Made by a program: the position numbers and the translations under genes. A DNA stretch of 63,860 bases, counting the filler, from Elsinoe ampelina (taxonomy: Eukaryota), in the NCBI GenBank assembly GCA_010093995.1. It is 3 parts of 3 records of this genome, joined end to end, with 100 filler letters (N's around TTAATTAATTAA, not from the genome) between each part and the next. Parts side by side here need not be neighbours in the genome. Positions count along the whole stretch, not along the records: positions 57,809 to 63,860 come from ML992588.1; 2 more parts are not named here. One strand, given 5' to 3'. The notes under the pieces are model-generated. The model worked only from the letters and a program-made list of their open reading frames with translations. It did no database searches and had not been told where the DNA came from. Positions 61,339-63,860 of the stretch are shown in pieces; the stretch's first letter is position 1; each line of letters starts with the position of its first letter.

Positions 61339-62384
61339 ATGCCGCCTGCCGTACCGGTCGACCTCTCCCACCTCCCCGAGATCAAGGATCTCACCACCGA
61401 CAACATCACAGACAATGTCGTCTTGATCAACAACCAATGTCCGGACCCAAGAGCACGCTACGTCTTCGAGCGCCTAATCTGGCACCTCCACGAGTTTGCG
61501 CGCGAAACACGATTGAGCACAGATGAATGGATGAAAGGCCTCGACTTTCTCACAGACGTCGGCCAGATCAGCACAGACTTGCGACGAGAATTTATCCTGC
61601 TGTCAGATACGTTGGGGTTGTCCGCGCTTGTGGATGCGATTGACCACCCGCGGTCGAAAGAGAGCACCGAAGGGACAGTGCTGGGACCATTCCATACCCA
61701 CGATGCGAAGGTGGTTGACAATGGCCATGCGATGCATACCGACCCGGATGGAGAGCCTTTGCTGGTCCTCTGCACGGTGAAGGACACTGATGGCAAGCCG
61801 GTTGCGAAGTGCCAGGTCGATGTGTGGGAGGGAGACTCGCACGGCAACTACGACGTGCAGTACGAGAACCGGAGTGGTCCGGATGGTCGTGGTATCTTGT
61901 TCTCCGACGACAAAGGCGAGTTCTGGTTTAAGGCGGTGAAGCCAGTGTCATATCCTATCCCGTTGGATGGACCAGTCGCAGCCATGCTGAAGTACTTGCA
62001 CCGACATCCGAATCGGCCAGGTCATGTGCACTTTTTCTTGAGAAAGAGCGGTTTCGACCCTCTCATAACGTAGGTCTGCTTGCATCTGTGTGGGTCAACA
62101 CTGACAGCGCCAGTGCCCTGTATCCTCGTGGAGACCCGCATGAGTCTACTGATCCAGTGTTTGGCGTCAAGAGCTCGCTCATTGTCGACTATACAACTGC
62201 GGATGCGGAGACGGCGAAGAAGTACGACGTCAAGGAGGGAACAGCCATACTCGCATACGACTTTGTGCTTATCACCGAAGAGGACACGCTAAAGCTGCGA
62301 AAAGAGAAGGCGCTCGAAGCCATCAAGAAGATGGGCAAGCCATTAGAGGGCTTCAAGGGCCTGCCAGTGTTGGATGTCGATTAG
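61339..62384 (+). CDS. Intradiol ring-cleavage dioxygenase (hydroxyquinol/catechol 1,2-dioxygenase)
   Basis: EFILLSDTLGLS, TEGTVLGPFH, Fe-ligand motifs GNYDVQY, SYPIP, RPGHVHF; one intron ~62070-62114; DPVFGVKSSL. Confidence 0.95.
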
Positions 62385-63182
62385 ATGATACCACTCAAAG
62401 TGGTCATGGTGTACCTATCGAAGCTTCATGCGGTACTGTTGAAGCTCCATGCAGTCCTCGGTGTCGCCATTGTCAGCTCGTATGGTGCATGTTGGGCTCA
62501 CACTCGCCTGCGACTCCCCGGACCATTCGCGAGTCAGAGTGTTCGTTTCACTGGGCATGCAGATGGGCGAGCCATCGATCGGCAGTCGGTGCGTTTAGCA
62601 CTGCATATGCCAAGTGCGCCTCTTATCTTCGCCCCCAGATGTCCATGCGTACCTGAACTTTACAGAAGTGACGCCGAACACGAAAGTCTTGCCGGTGGAA
62701 GCCGTTTCCTGTCAGCTCCGTTGGTGAGATTGTGCATCTAACGGCACTAATGCAAAGCTTCTGTAATGGACGCTCCGTGCAGTGCTGACTTACATGGTTG
62801 TGGTTACGGTGTCTCGTAGGAAATGCCGCAGCAAAGTCTACTGCAGGGTCTGTCGGCCTAGCCAAGTGATGACTTGCACGTCACGCTACCGACGTGCCGT
62901 GAATGCTGGGCGATATTTGTCGATCTTTGGTGTTTTCTTATCTGTCGATGGTTGTGCTAAACGCAACACCAGCGTTTCGAAGTCACTGCAGAGAATTCGC
63001 CACTATGTCAGATACATGAAGCCATAATATTGAGTTGTTACAGACTGTGCGCATACGAAGCTGATATGAACATCGATGCAATGCTGCAATGCGATGCTGA
63101 TGGAAAGGCATTGGGAGGAGGAATGGTTGAGCGGTGGAATGTGGTTAATTCGGCTAGCTCCGGCAGCGCCCGATGTCACCTC

Positions 63183-63860
63183 TGTTGTAACTGGCAAATC
63201 GGATCGAGAGACGTGTGTTTTATTCAGTGAGTTACAATAACCGATTATCTACTGTGTGTGTGCTGACTCATTAGTACTAGTTCTTTAGTACTAGAGAAGC
63301 TGTACTAGTCCTCTATTATAACACTCCCCCTCTAGTATAGGTTATTAAAGCTAAAGAACTACCTATTATATGTAAGTAAAGTGATTAGGTCATTACTTTA
63401 TCTTATTATAATTGCTTATAATTGTTAGTGTTAGCTAATCATTAGTAAGGGTTCACTATTAGTCTAGCTTATAGTTATTAACAATAATAGTAACTATTAA
63501 TAATAGCTAGGCAGCTATTGTTCTATTGTTCTATATAAATAAACTAGCTTATAAATCTTAATAAGGGAGATATAAGTATCTAGCTAGCTCCTTTATAGTT
63601 TCTTCTTTCTTTATTAAGGTTGCCTAGTACTTCTAATATTAACTATAATACTACTATAAGATTAATTACTTATCTTAATACTCTTAGTAAGTAGCTATAA
63701 AGTATTAATAGCATAAGCTAACATTAATAGCCTAATTAACTTAGACTTTAACTTAGTAGTTAGTAGATATAATCTAGAATACTCTTCTTAGGCTTAGGAT
63801 AATTAGTTATTATAACTATACTAACTTATATTCTATCTAGAGGTCTATAGTAGTCTAGGC
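63183..63860 (-). mobile_element. 3' end of a RIP-mutated LTR retrotransposon (Copia-like), partial
   Basis: Minus strand: polypurine tract AGAGGGGGAG (63333-63324) directly followed by TGTTATAA...AATAAA...TTACAACA (141-bp LTR, 63323-63183); the rest is extremely AT/TpA-rich and CpA/TpG-depleted. Confidence 0.8.

Overview
Eukaryotic DNA from a filamentous ascomycete (Pezizomycotina, probably a Dothideomycete; inferred from intron signals, gene families and RIP). The window is three contigs joined by artificial 100-nt spacers (44 N + TTAATTAATTAA + 44 N) at 29100-29199 and 57709-57808. It carries about 22 protein-coding genes, many with introns. Recognisable ones: hybrid histidine kinase, Clr5-domain protein, Zn2Cys6 transcription factor, Tma23-like protein, FN3-domain protein, lipin Pah1, hotdog thioesterase, fungalysin (M36), DAL5-family MFS transporter, cyclin H, Rpt2, Ubc1, GH78, GH16, DUF1996-WSC protein, cupin and an intradiol dioxygenase; the rest are hypothetical or orphan genes. 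Mobile DNA: a 414-bp TA-flanked MITE with 35-bp TIRs, and the 3' end of a RIP-degraded LTR retrotransposon (141-bp LTR plus polypurine tract). No RNA gene, CRISPR array or secondary-metabolite backbone gene was seen, and I cannot support a new multi-gene system. The most unusual signal is a recurrent, gene-orientation-independent switch from C-rich to G-rich sequence (about 8-10 sites, judged by eye) that also appears to shape protein low-complexity segments. Two orphan genes also have in-frame TAG stops or a frameshift suggesting decay. Gene models were spliced by eye and family calls come from motif recognition, not database searches.
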